Source: an uncultured delta proteobacterium
GTDB lineage: Bacteria > Desulfobacterota > Binatia > UBA9968
Direction: 5' to 3'
DNA: 64,000 nucleotides
Assembly: GCA_963847445.1 (NCBI GenBank)
Contig: CAWJZV010000017.1
Location: 128,001-192,000, forward strand
Positions 45,954 through 56,179 of this stretch are shown one piece after another. The position numbers and the translations under genes are program-made. The notes under the pieces are model-generated. The model was not told where the DNA came from and ran no database searches. It saw nothing but the letters and a program-made list of their open reading frames with translations. Positions within the stretch are counted from its first letter, which is position 1. Each line of letters opens with the position of its first letter.

Positions 45954-46406
45954 ATGAATGTTTCACTCGGGCTTGTTGGCGCGCTGGTTCTTGGCTTGGC
46001 CTTGGCAAGAATTGAAATTGCTTTCTGCCAAGAAGCAGAAATCGACAACGCTCCAGCTCCGCTGGAAGAGCTTGCTAAAACTCCGGAGCCGGCGCCATCC
46101 GAGCAAACCGGCCTGGCGGCCTTCTACCACGCGACCTTTCAGGGGCGCCGCACGGCTAATGGCGAATCCTTCGACCACAATGGGCTGACCGCGGCGCATA
46201 AAACGCTGCCCTTCGGCACCCTCGTGCGGGTGATCAATTTGCGCAATAACAAGAGCGTGATCGTGCGCGTCAACGATCGCGGCCCGCAGCAGCCCGATCG
46301 GGTGATCGACCTCACGCATCGCGCTGCCAGGATTCTCGGCTTCCTGCAACACGGCATGACGAAAGTTGTCTTAGAGATCCTCCCGTTCGGCGCCACCGAC
46401 AAGTAG
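45954..46406 (+). CDS. rlpA: Septal ring lytic transglycosylase RlpA-family (DPBB) protein
   Basis: GRRTANGE, TAAHKTLPFGT, VRVNDRGP and IDL motifs. Confidence 0.88.
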   Translation: MNVSLGLVGALVLGLALARIEIAFCQEAEIDNAPAPLEELAKTPEPAPSEQTGLAAFYHATFQGRRTANGESFDHNGLTAAHKTLPFGTLVRVINLRNNKSVIVRVNDRGPQQPDRVIDLTHRAARILGFLQHGMTKVVLEILPFGATDK

Positions 46407-46460
46407 GCTGCGAGTCATTCATGACACCTGCGAGCAGACGGCTCAGTTCGCTCATTAGAT

Positions 46461-47474
46461 CTATTTGAACGCCGGCATTACTTCTTTGGCGAACAGGCGC
46501 ATGGATTTCAAGATTTCCTGATGAGGAATACCGCCGTAATTGAATGTGGTGGTGAGCGTGTCGAAGTAATAGTTCTTGCCGGCGTTGTGAATGCCCCGGA
46601 TAACTTGGCCGGGATCGCCGTAGTTATTTCTCCCCGTGGCCAACATCATGTCCCAGTCGTATTCTCCCGGCGCGGCGGTCAATGAACGGCGGCCGATGCG
46701 CGAAATCTCGTCGTAGCGTGTCACCGCAGCCATGCCGATCTCTTGGGCGCGCGCAGCGTTCTCGTTGACATGGGTGCGCACGTGAAATTGGCAATGGCGA
46801 TCTTTGGGATCGATGCCGGCTTCAATCAATCCTTGCTTCCAAGCCGCGACGCCGGGGCCAACTCGTTCCGGCGGATGAGGATGGCCGACGGTCATAATGT
46901 GATAGCCCTGCCGCCCCGCCCACCCCAATCCCTGCGCTGAAGTGCCGGCGACCCAGATCGGTGGGTGCGGCTGTTGCACCGGCCGCGGATAAAGCGTCAA
47001 TTCTTCGAATTGCCAGAACTTGCCCTGATGGCTGGCGCGCTCGTTGGACCAAACTTTCAAAATCACTTCGAGGGCTTCGGCGGCGCGCTCGCGGTCGTTT
47101 TCCCGGGTGACGCCGAAGACGCGGTAATCCATCTCGGTGTTGCCCGAGCCGATGCCAAATTCCAAGCGACCGCCGGAAATCGCGTCGACCATGGCGTAGT
47201 CTTCGGCGGTGTGGAGCGGATGGCGCAGCGGCAGGATGGCGATGCAAGGGCCGAGGCGGATTTTCTTGGTGCGCGCCGCCGCGGTGGCCAACAGCACGGC
47301 GGGATTCGCCACCAGTCCGCCGTAGCCGAGGAAGTGATGTTCATTGAACATGAAACATTCCCAGCCCAGTTCCTCGGCGAGCTCGATCTGCTGCAGAATT
47401 TGCTGGTAGTAGACATCGTAAGGCGGATCGATGTCCGGGTAGTAGGTCGTGAGGATGTTGATGTAGAAGTGCAC
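46461..47474 (-). CDS. LLM-class flavin-dependent oxidoreductase
   Basis: FNEHHF, SGGRLEFGIG and PRPVQQPHPP motifs; GTG start after AGGAG. Confidence 0.9.
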   Translation of the reverse strand: MHFYINILTTYYPDIDPPYDVYYQQILQQIELAEELGWECFMFNEHHFLGYGGLVANPAVLLATAAARTKKIRLGPCIAILPLRHPLHTAEDYAMVDAISGGRLEFGIGSGNTEMDYRVFGVTRENDRERAAEALEVILKVWSNERASHQGKFWQFEELTLYPRPVQQPHPPIWVAGTSAQGLGWAGRQGYHIMTVGHPHPPERVGPGVAAWKQGLIEAGIDPKDRHCQFHVRTHVNENAARAQEIGMAAVTRYDEISRIGRRSLTAAPGEYDWDMMLATGRNNYGDPGQVIRGIHNAGKNYYFDTLTTTFNYGGIPHQEILKSMRLFAKEVMPAFK

Positions 47475-47548
47475 GATTGGTCTCCTGCTGATCGTTACGC
47501 TGTAACACAATCGACCGGAAGCGGTAAAGCTGAATCAAATGGAAGAGG

Positions 47549-47780
47549 TTTCACCACAGAGGGCACGAGCAGAGTCGAAGAATCGGATTCGGAAGAATGG
47601 CCGCACCCTTCGACGTTGCAGGACGATCGGGCACGCAAAGACACAAGAAGGAATTCGCGAAATGTTCGGGCGGTTTCAAACCTGTCCGTGAAACTCCAAT
47701 TCTATGTTGCGCCTTTGCGTGCTTTGCGGCCAATCTTCTTTTCGGATTGCGGCTTCGCTGCGCAGTGTCTCCGTGGTGAA
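47549..47780. repeat. Nested repeat cluster: CACAGAG outer arms, GCAAAG palindrome, CCCTTCGAC unit and degenerate GTAG-type REP
   Basis: ttcaccacagag...ctccgtggtgaa enclosing atggccgca..cgcaaag...ctttgcgtgctttgcggcca. Confidence 0.7.
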
Positions 47781-47803
47781 ATCGGTATTCCGGTCAAACT
47801 GCA

Positions 47804-48779
47804 TCAACGGCTCGCGCTCAGATCGCGGCGGGCTTTTTCGAGGAAGCTGTAGTCGACGATTTGCGGGATCGTGAACGGTTGGGTGACTTTCGAGTCTTCG
47901 CGCACCAAGTCGATCATCAGCTGCATGCCTTCGGGCTTGGCCATCAGGTCGCGGGCCATGCCGCGGTTAAATTGGCGGAGCATCTCGGTGGCGATACGCC
48001 GGTCGGTGAGCTTCCATTGTTTCATGACGATGGTGATGACTTCGTCGCGGTTGCGCGGCTCTAAAGCGAAATTCAATGCGCGCAGCGCCGCCCGCACCAT
48101 GCCGTAGACTTCGTCAGGGCTTTCTTGAATCCGCTTGATCGAAGCGCCGATGGCGTTCTGGGGAAAATTGACGATATCGCCGACGAACAGCAGTTCATTA
48201 TAGCCGCGGTCGACGGCGAGAATATTTTCCGGCACGCCGAGGAGCGCGGCGTCGACGGCGCCTGATTCCAGCGCGGCCAGGCGGTTTTCTCGCAGCGGTA
48301 CGATGGTCACATCGCGGCCCGCCTGAAAGCCCAGATGCTTGAGCGCCGCGTCGGCCATCAGCGTCGCGGTGCCGCCCGGCGTGCTGCCGCCGATCTTCTT
48401 GCCCTTTAACTCTTGTGCCGTACGGATTTCTTTACGCGCAATCAGGGAAATCAACGGGCGATCGACGGCGCAGGCGAGAATCTTGGCCGGGTTGCCGCGC
48501 ACGATGCCCTGAATCACTGCCGTTGATGGCGGCGCTGTAGTCGATATCGCCGCGCACGAACGCGGCGTTGACCGCCTGGGTCGCCATGAAAATGGTTTCC
48601 AGGTCGATGCCCTGCTCGCGGTAGAAACCTTTGTGATAGGCGAGATGAAACGGCAGAAAGCCGATGTTGTTGGACTGGATGCCGAGGCGGACTTTTTTCG
48701 CTGTCGGTCTGCGCGCCGAGATGACTCGGCGCGACCCCGATTGCAAGAATTATCAACAGGGAACAGCGGTAACGCTCAT
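47804..48779 (-). CDS. NMT1/SsuA-type substrate-binding protein (frameshifted)
   Basis: KGFYREQGID, ELKGKKIG and IVDYSFLEKAR motifs across frames. Confidence 0.8.
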
Positions 48780-48808
48780 TGTTCCTGTCCCGGTGAATTA
48801 TGCCGATC

Positions 48809-49910
48809 TCATAGCGCGTAGAGCGCCCGCGAGTTATCGCTCAAGATTTTCTCCTTGACCGTCGGCGTCAGGTCGCTGCGCTGGCGAAAGATTCTGATCG
48901 CATCGACATCGCTGGAGATATCGGTGTGGCCGTAGTCGGTGCCGATGACCAGATTATCCTCGCCGGCTTCGCGCACGATGTAGGGAATGTCATCGGAGTT
49001 TTCGCAGGTGACAAACATGCCGTACTCTTTGAGCAAGTTGTCGGGCAACGCTGCGGCCCATGGTTTTGAAACGGTTCTTGGCTTCATGCATCACCCAGGG
49101 CACCCACTGGGCGCTGGCTTCGATGAAGCCGAAGCGCAGCTTGGGAAACTGCTCGTGGATCTCGCTCAGCAGGATATCGTTGAACGACGCCACCGTCGGC
49201 ACGCGGAAGCGGTGCAGCGTTGCCGCGATGCGGGTCGGGTGATTGTACAGGTCGTTCAGCCATGGGCTGCCGTTGGCGATGTGAATAGCGATCGCCATGT
49301 CGAGCTTCTGCGCCTCTTCGTAGACCGGATAGAAATAAGGATCGGCGAGCAAGCGATTGCCTTCCACCGGGCGTAAGCAGACGGCGACGGCGCCGTTCTC
49401 TTTGGACCAGCGGATTTGGTCCAAAGCGTCGGGCATGCTGAGCAGCGGCGGCATGCAAGACCAGCGCAGCCGGCCGTCGCTTTGTTTCCAGATGTCGGCG
49501 AGCCAGCGGTTCCAACTCTTGCACAGCGCGACGTCGGCGGCCGGACGATCGGCGCAGGATTCGATGAAAATGGTGTTGTGCAACACCTGGACATCGACAC
49601 CGGTGGCGTCCATATATTCCAAGCGCAAATCGACGTTGCCGAGTTCGCGGGATGCTTGTTGGTCGGCGAATTTGCGGCCGACCTGCTGTTGGCGTTTGTC
49701 CAGTTCGTCGTCCGAGAACGCAGGGAAACGAAAACCGCGGACTTTACCGTCGATGACCCAGAACTGCTGGCGCACACCGGCCTCTTCGCGGGTCTCCAGC
49801 GGCACCGGTCGATACTGTTCTTCCGACTTGTCCATAAACTCCCACGTCCGTAAGCATTCGACGACGTGGGCATCGGCATCGATGACCAAATTCTTTTTTG
49901 CGCTATCCAT
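48809..49910 (-). CDS. Amidohydrolase_2 family protein, ACMSD-like (frameshift near 49060)
   Basis: IDADAHV, AIHI and IGTDYGH motifs; GGAGG RBS. Confidence 0.87.
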
Positions 49911-49977
49911 GTTTACCTCCGACTCGAACTCAATGGCCTAACACTAATTGACGGGATGAGTAGCTGTCAATCATCGA

Positions 49978-50735
49978 TTACTCGCGGGCGATCTCCCAGG
50001 CGACCACCGATTCGGTCTTGCCTTTGAGTTCCAGCTCTCGGCGCGTCGCCTTGGGAAACTGCCGGGCGACCGGACCGAAGGTTTCTTGGCCCAGCAATAT
50101 TTCACCCGGCGCGGCGGCGCCTTGGAGCCGCGCGGCTACGTTGACAGTATCACCGAGGACCGTATAGTCGGTGAAGTCTTTGCCGCCGACGTTGCCGACA
50201 AACGCCGGGCCGGTGCTAATGCCGATGCCGATCTCGCAGTCGGTCGTTCTCCGGCAATGTGGCAACATCGCGCAGGATTTCCAACGCGGCGGTCACGGCG
50301 CGTTGTGGATGATCGCGCCAATTCAGCGGCGCGCCGAAGAACGCCATGACTTCGTCGCCCACCAGCTTGTCGAGGGTGCCGTCGTGGCGAAAGATCGCCT
50401 GGGTGGCGATTTCGTAGAAGCGATTGAGCCGCGCCGCCACTGCCGCGGGCTCCATCTGTTCCACCAGCGAGGTGTAGCCACGGATGTCGACGAACATGAC
50501 CGAGATGTTTTTCGTCTCCCCGCCCGGAGGAGCAAGCTCGTATCAGAGGGTACAGAGATGGGGATTCTTGCGCGACGGGCGGATCTGCAGCAACTGATAA
50601 GGCACGGCGAAGATGCCCAAGAAGGGCACCAGGCATTCCTTGCAGCGCTTGCTCGACGGCAAATGGCGATGCAGTAGACGCGCCATCTTGGTCGTGCCAA
50701 CCGTGCGGCGAATCCAGATCAGTAGTTTGTCTCAT
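49978..50735 (-). CDS. Class III adenylate cyclase with N-terminal CxxC...CxxU module, candidate selenoprotein (TGA 50545-50543; indels near 50690 and 50240; alternative start 50686)
   Basis: MARLLHRHLPSSKRCKECLVPF...PSRKNPHLCTL-TGA-YELAPPGGETKNISVMFVDIRGYT is one frame; DKLVGD, GIGISTG and DYTVLGDTVNVAARL motifs. Confidence 0.8.
50516..50532 (-). promoter_or_regulatory. Putative bacterial SECIS hairpin
   Basis: Minus strand CTCC-T-CC-GGGC-GG-GGAG: 17 nt, bulged U, G-first loop, starting 10 nt after the TGA. Confidence 0.65.
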
Positions 50736-50811
50736 GCGCGGGATTCTACGCTGAAAGCGATGAGGTTGCAGCAGACCTTGTGGCCGGCTTAAATACCCGT
50801 GAAAATGCGTG

Positions 50812-51101
50812 TTCACCACGAAGGCATGGTTCGACTAGGCTCACCACAGGCTCCGGACACGAAGGGTTCGGGATAAATGTTCCGAGTTTCGTGCTCCGCG
50901 TGTCCTCCTTAGAAAATACACGTGCAGCGATGATCTGCGCATCGATAACGACTCTCTGTTCCGTCATACCGGCGCAGGCCGGTATCCATCCCCTCCCGCC
51001 CCTGGATGCCGGCCTGCGCCGGCATGACGAGTCTAAGGAATGGCTTCCGGTAGTTTCATTATCTGTGGGCGTGCGTAAGATCATGATTCATTTCGTGGTA
51101 A
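50812..51101. repeat. CACGAAG palindrome with a TTCGAC..GCTCA unit in the left arm and a ~186-bp insert (50906-51091) carrying a REP doublet (50962-51029)
   Basis: Same insert termini and same insertion point as at 1954-2160. Confidence 0.8.
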
Positions 51102-51132
51102 GAACTGAATTCCTTGTTATTACACAACTAGG

Positions 51133-51822
51133 TTAGCCCTTGGTGGCGATGCGTTTAAAAAACCCTTCACGCTCCAGCTCGTCCAAGATGCGCTCGTCGA
51201 CATACTTGGCGATATTCATGTCGAGTTTGGTTTCCGGATTGCGCTGGGCGAGCATGTCGAGAGCGAGGCGCATGCCTTCATGGGAGACTCGCGGGGGAGA
51301 TGAGAAGGACTTGGCGAAATACTGATACGTCTCGTCGACCACGGCGGGGTTTTTCTGCTTCATCCTACTTGTATACATCGCCGTCGACTTCTCCTTGTTG
51401 GCGATGAACTGGTAGGTCGCCTCACTGTAGACCTGCATGAAGCGCTTGACCATATCGCGGTTTTTCTCGATGAAGGAACGGCGCGCGGCGATGACGTTCA
51501 TCGGAAACGCCGCGCCTTTCAAGTCGGTCATGTTGGCCAGCGTGGGTAGACCCAGGCGTGCCGCTTCGCCGGTCTCCGGCGGCGCCAGCAGCGTCGCGTC
51601 TAGAGCGCCGCTTGACAGCGCGATCAAACGATTGGCCGCTGAGCCGCTGGCCAGCAGCGTGACCGACTGGCGCGGTATGTTCCATTCTCTTAGCGCTAAC
51701 ACCAACGATACTTCATGGGCGCCGCCGAAGCTCACCATGCCGACTTTCTTACCGATCAAATCTGCCGGCCGGCGAATATTTTTCTGCGTAACCAAGCTGA
51801 ATGGAAATTTATTCAACGACGG
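51133..51822 (-). pseudogene. NMT1/SsuA-type substrate-binding gene lacking its 5' part
   Basis: Family similarity starts at LNKFPFSLV..DLIGKKVG; the upstream frame runs through repeat DNA. Confidence 0.7.
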
Positions 51823-52232
51823 CACAGCGCGGCCGAGCCGCAACCAAAATTTTGAAGTTCTCGCGCAAAGCACGCAAAGGGCGCAAAGGAACGGAATAAA
51901 TAAATACATAGCTTGCGATGTTGGCGTCCTGGGCGCGAGGAGGATCCTAATCCGAGGAGATTCGGCACCGTGCAATTTGACCTCGTCGCAAATTAACCAC
52001 GAAGGCACGAAGGACACGAAGGTTTCGGAAAAGTAATATTCCGAACTTCGTGCTCTTCGTATTACTATCCGTGATAATATTGCGCGGCTTGCGCAAATTG
52101 TCCGAGCGCCAAATCCAATAGGGCGGGTTTCAAACCCGCCCCTACCAATCCCGATTCCTTTTTGCGCCCCTTGCGTTCTTTGCGGCCATTTTTCAATTCG
52201 GTTGCGGCGTGCCGCGCTGTCCTTCGTGGTGA
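51823..52232. repeat. Large nested repeat cluster
   Basis: acagcgcggccgagccgcaacc end, GCAAAG arms, CACGAAG palindrome (51995-52232) split by an insert (52061-52218) containing a GTAG-type REP (52119-52145). Confidence 0.8.
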
Positions 52233-52266
52233 AAAATTCTTTCGCGATTTGCCTCGACGTTCACCA

Positions 52267-53082
52267 CTAGAAGTACATCCCGGCATCGCTGCTCTTGCGT
52301 GACACCGGAGATAGCACGCCGAACAGCGACTTCATCGCCCAGTTGGCTAGCGATGCGAGGATAAAGATGAACAATAGCAGCGAGTACATATCGGCGATGC
52401 GGAACTGACCGTAGTACTCGACGATCATGAAGCCCAAGCCGGCTTTGGCGATTTTCGTTTCCGCGAGCAGCGCGCCGGTGACGGCGGCGCCGAGACCGAT
52501 TCTAATACCGGTGAAGACTTGGCCGGCGATGGCCGGGAGATAGACATTTTTGGCGATCTGCACCGGACTGGCGCCGATGGTGCGGGCGACATCGACGTAA
52601 ACCTTTTTCACTTCGCGCATGCCGGCGATGGTCAGCAGCGAAATCGGAAAGAACGCGGCGATGGCGCCGACCGCGAGTTTGGATTGAACGTCGATGCCGA
52701 GAAACAAAATGAACACCGGGAAGATCACGATCTTCGGCACCACGGCGGCGTAGAGAATCAGCGGCTCGACGATCTCCAACCAGCTGCGCTTGCTGCCCCA
52801 TAAAATGCCCAGCGGAATGCCGCTGAGGGCGGCGACGGCGATCGCTCCGCCGACTTCATAGAGGCTGGCCTTTAGATGCGGCAGCATGACCGGCGTGGTG
52901 ACGTAGATCCACAGCGATTGGAGGATTTCCACGATGGACGGAAAGAGCTCGGGAAACAATAAGCCGCTGCGACCGATGAACTCCCAGATGGCGACCAGGC
53001 CGAGCAGCGTGAGCGCCTGAACGCCAAAGGGCGTGTGAATTGCCGCCGCGAGGGCCGAGGGCTTGGGTTGCGCGTGGGCCAT
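52267..53082 (-). CDS. ABC transporter permease (SsuC/TauC type)
   Basis: About 6 TM segments; EAA-like VARTIGAS; LLAE..AKAGLG. Confidence 0.9.
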   Translation of the reverse strand: MAHAQPKPSALAAAIHTPFGVQALTLLGLVAIWEFIGRSGLLFPELFPSIVEILQSLWIYVTTPVMLPHLKASLYEVGGAIAVAALSGIPLGILWGSKRSWLEIVEPLILYAAVVPKIVIFPVFILFLGIDVQSKLAVGAIAAFFPISLLTIAGMREVKKVYVDVARTIGASPVQIAKNVYLPAIAGQVFTGIRIGLGAAVTGALLAETKIAKAGLGFMIVEYYGQFRIADMYSLLLFIFILASLANWAMKSLFGVLSPVSRKSSDAGMYF

Positions 53083-53084
53083 GG

Positions 53085-53831
53085 TTACTTCCTGAACCAA
53101 CGTTCGCAGCGGTTGATTAAATACAGAAACAAAATCGACAGCGAGATGGTGCCGAACAGGCCGGCGTAGACTTCTTCGATTTCGAACTTATACGACGCGT
53201 CGGACAGCCACATGCCGACGCCGCCGACCTGGGCGACATATTCCAGGCCGAGAACCGATTTCAAAATATAGGTGAGCGCCAAGCGAAAGCCGCTGAAGAT
53301 CGTCGGCGCGACGGCGGGGATCAAGATATGGCGGAACATCTGCTGGCGCGACAGATTCATGCTGGCGCCGACCTGCAATAAGATCGGATTGACGTTTTGA
53401 AAAGCGCCTTTGGTATTCATGATGATCGGAATCAAGCCGAAGATCGACGACAGCGCGATCACCGCGGCGCTGGTGCGGCCGAAGGTAACGAGAAAGATCG
53501 GATAAGCAAGAATGATCGGCGAGGAGAAGAGCGCGGCGAGCGGCATTTCGTAACTGGTGCCGATGAGCTTGTAGCGCCAGAGCAAGAAGCCGGCAAGGAC
53601 GCCGAAGATCGTGGCGATGACCAGACAGGCGGCGATCTCGAAAAGCGTGATGCCGGTGAGCGCGAGCGCGTTGCCGTGCAACAGTTGCTGCCAGAGCACG
53701 ATGACCGCGCGCGTCGGCGCGGCGAGAAAGAACGTGCTGATCCAGCCGCCGCGCACCGCGGTTTCGACGAGCAAGAGCGCGCCGAAGATGATGCCCAGCC
53801 GCCAGGCGGTGAGTCTCGTGCTTTCAGACAT
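53085..53831 (-). CDS. ABC transporter permease (SsuC/TauC type)
   Basis: TM segments; RHILIPAVAPTIFSGFRL. Confidence 0.88.
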   Translation of the reverse strand: MSESTRLTAWRLGIIFGALLLVETAVRGGWISTFFLAAPTRAVIVLWQQLLHGNALALTGITLFEIAACLVIATIFGVLAGFLLWRYKLIGTSYEMPLAALFSSPIILAYPIFLVTFGRTSAAVIALSSIFGLIPIIMNTKGAFQNVNPILLQVGASMNLSRQQMFRHILIPAVAPTIFSGFRLALTYILKSVLGLEYVAQVGGVGMWLSDASYKFEIEEVYAGLFGTISLSILFLYLINRCERWFRK

Positions 53832-53849
53832 GATGCGGAATTCATGATA

Positions 53850-53933
53850 CTCACCACGAAGATCACGAAGGACACGAAGGTTTCGGATGGTTAAATTTCC
53901 GAACTTCGTGCTCTTCGTGTCCTTCGTGGTGAG
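53850..53933. repeat. Intact CACGAAG-type palindrome inside the ABC operon
   Basis: ctcaccacgaagatcacgaaggacacgaaggtttcgga ... tccgaacttcgtgctcttcgtgtccttcgtggtgag. Confidence 0.88.
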
Positions 53934-53965
53934 CATGGGTATTTCGTCTTTGCTGCTTGTCGTTC

Positions 53966-54970
53966 CTACGGCAGGAAGCTCAGGTCGACTAGGGCGTTGA
54001 GCTCCGCCGGCGTCAGCGGCGCGTTTAAAAATTTATTTCTGATGCCGTCGTCGATGATCGTTTGCAGGCCGCGGATCGGTTTCAAATTCATCGCCGCCCG
54101 GTTGTAGAAGTCCCAGGTGGCGAGCACGGCGGATTCGGGAAATTTTAGTTCAGCGCGGCGAATCCATATCTTGGCGGTATCCTCTTTATTCGCGAACATG
54201 TAGTCGAGGGCGCGCTGCTGGGCGCGGAAGAATCCGCGCACGGCGTCGGGATTTTTCGCGGCAAAATCGTTGTTGGTAAAATGCACCCGAGCCGACTGGT
54301 CGCGCATCGATACGATCTCATCGCCTTTGACGACGACGCGCAGCTCGCCTTTCTCGACGCGGTCCAACTGGAACGGCGCCACCGACCAGGCGGCGTCGGT
54401 CTGACCGGTGCGCAGAGCCGTATAGACTTCTGGGATGCCGCCGAGCGAAACCGGCTCGGCGGGTTTCAATCCCTTCGCCTTGATCTGATCCGCGATTCCC
54501 AAGACCGCCATGTGGCTCGAAGCGCCGGGACGGCTGTAGGCGACTTTCTTACCCGCGAGATCTTCGAGCTTGCGCATCGGCGTGTTCGCCTGCACGTACC
54601 AGAAGGCGTCCATGCCGGTGATCTCAGCGGCGGCGATTTTGACCGGCGCCTTTTTGACGAATGCGCTGATCACCGCCAAGGTGCCGGTGCCGAGGCCGAT
54701 CTGCGCGTCGCCGGAGACCACCGCTTGGACGTTTTCACCGCCACCGCGGGTAAACACGGCGTCGACGTCGAGATTGGCGTCGCGGTAAAAGCCTTTTTCC
54801 TGGGCGATGTAGACCGGCAGGGCGACGGTGAAAAGAATCCGATGGGGCACGACGACGATGATTTTCGTGCGCGCGGCCGCCGCCCAGGCGGAGGACGCGG
54901 CGGTGACGACGAAGAAAGCCGCGCCCGCCAAGACGAGCCATTTGCTGAACTGCGATAAATATTTGTTCAT
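53966..54970 (-). CDS. ABC substrate-binding protein (NMT1/SsuA type)
   Basis: Signal peptide; EKGFYRDANLDV and DLAGKKVA motifs; lies in an operon with the ATPase and permeases. Confidence 0.9.
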   Translation of the reverse strand: MNKYLSQFSKWLVLAGAAFFVVTAASSAWAAAARTKIIVVVPHRILFTVALPVYIAQEKGFYRDANLDVDAVFTRGGGENVQAVVSGDAQIGLGTGTLAVISAFVKKAPVKIAAAEITGMDAFWYVQANTPMRKLEDLAGKKVAYSRPGASSHMAVLGIADQIKAKGLKPAEPVSLGGIPEVYTALRTGQTDAAWSVAPFQLDRVEKGELRVVVKGDEIVSMRDQSARVHFTNNDFAAKNPDAVRGFFRAQQRALDYMFANKEDTAKIWIRRAELKFPESAVLATWDFYNRAAMNLKPIRGLQTIIDDGIRNKFLNAPLTPAELNALVDLSFLP

Positions 54971-54982
54971 GGCTGATTCTCC

Positions 54983-55778
54983 TTAAATGTTTTGCTGTTT
55001 GAAACTCTTGATCGATTCTTCTCTGAGCGCGTTCCAGACCTGCGCGACCAATTTGCCGAAGCGGTCCGAAGCGATGATCGACGAGTCGCGCGGCTGCGGC
55101 AAGTCGATGGCGACGATCTCTTTCACCCGCCCCGGCCGCGCGGTCATGATCATGACCCGGTCGGAGAGCTGCACCGACTCGTTGATATTGTGGGTTACCA
55201 AAATAATCGTTTGCTTCAACTGATCGCGAATGCGCATGAGCTCTTCGCCGAGAATGATGCGCGTCTGCTCGTCGAGGGCACCGAAGGGTTCGTCCATCAG
55301 CAGGATCTTGGGCTCGAGCACCAGCGCGCGGGCGATGGCGACGCGCTGCTTCATGCCGCCGGAAAGTTCCGACGGATAGCGCTCGTCAAATCCCGACAAG
55401 CCGACCAGACCGATCATTTCCTTGGCCTTGCGCCGCCGCTCGTCCGGCGCAACGCCGCGCATCTCCAGACCGAACTCGACGTTGCCCAACGTCGTGCGCC
55501 AGGGAAACGTCGATTCTTCCTGGAATACCATGCCGACCCAAGGATGCGGCCCGGTGACTCTTCTCCGTGCCGACGGACAATTCACCGGAAGTTGCCGGAA
55601 TCAAGCCGCCGATGATGCGCAGCAGCGTCGACTTGCCGCAACCCGAAGGCCCGATGATCGAAAAAAACTCGCCCGACTGCACATCGAGAGACACATTGTC
55701 CACCGCCGGCACCAACGCCGTCCCGTTGTCGGGATCGCCGAAGACTTTGTTGACGTTGCGCAGGGTTAAGATCGTCAT
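54983..55778 (-). CDS. ABC transporter ATP-binding protein (SsuB/TauB type; frameshift near 55565)
   Basis: GPSGCGKST, LSGGMKQ, LLMDEPF and VTH motifs. Confidence 0.9.
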
Positions 55779-55962
55779 GAATGAGTTTTAAATTGGTGTG
55801 TTGCTTCGTAGCCGCAAAACTGGCCTCCGAGGTAAGGTGGCTTAAAATAGGCGGAAAGTGGGGGGCGTCAAGGAGAAACGAGAGGCGTGTGAGAGGCGGA
55901 TAGGGATAAAGATTAGTCAAGTATAAGCCAGCTATTGGTCAAGCGGGGCCGAGTCGCAAACC

Positions 55963-56010
55963 CAGCCCGCCGATGATTCTGAGTAATGTCGACTTGCCGC
56001 ACCCGGACGG
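55963..56010 (-). pseudogene. Isolated 16-codon Walker A fragment of an ABC ATPase
   Basis: Encodes PSGCGKSTLLRIIGGL, identical in protein to 55602-55649. Confidence 0.7.
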
Positions 56011-56179
56011 CATTGATAGATCGAAGAGAATTCGCCAGTTTGGACAGTCGATTTCTTCGCTAGTGCCATGGTGCAACCTCGATTGCTGGGGAATAATTTT
56101 CTGAGATACTAGACGATATGACCGGTAACGGGGCAAGACGTCGCGCTGATGCGCGACCGCCAGTACAGGGGAATGAACC

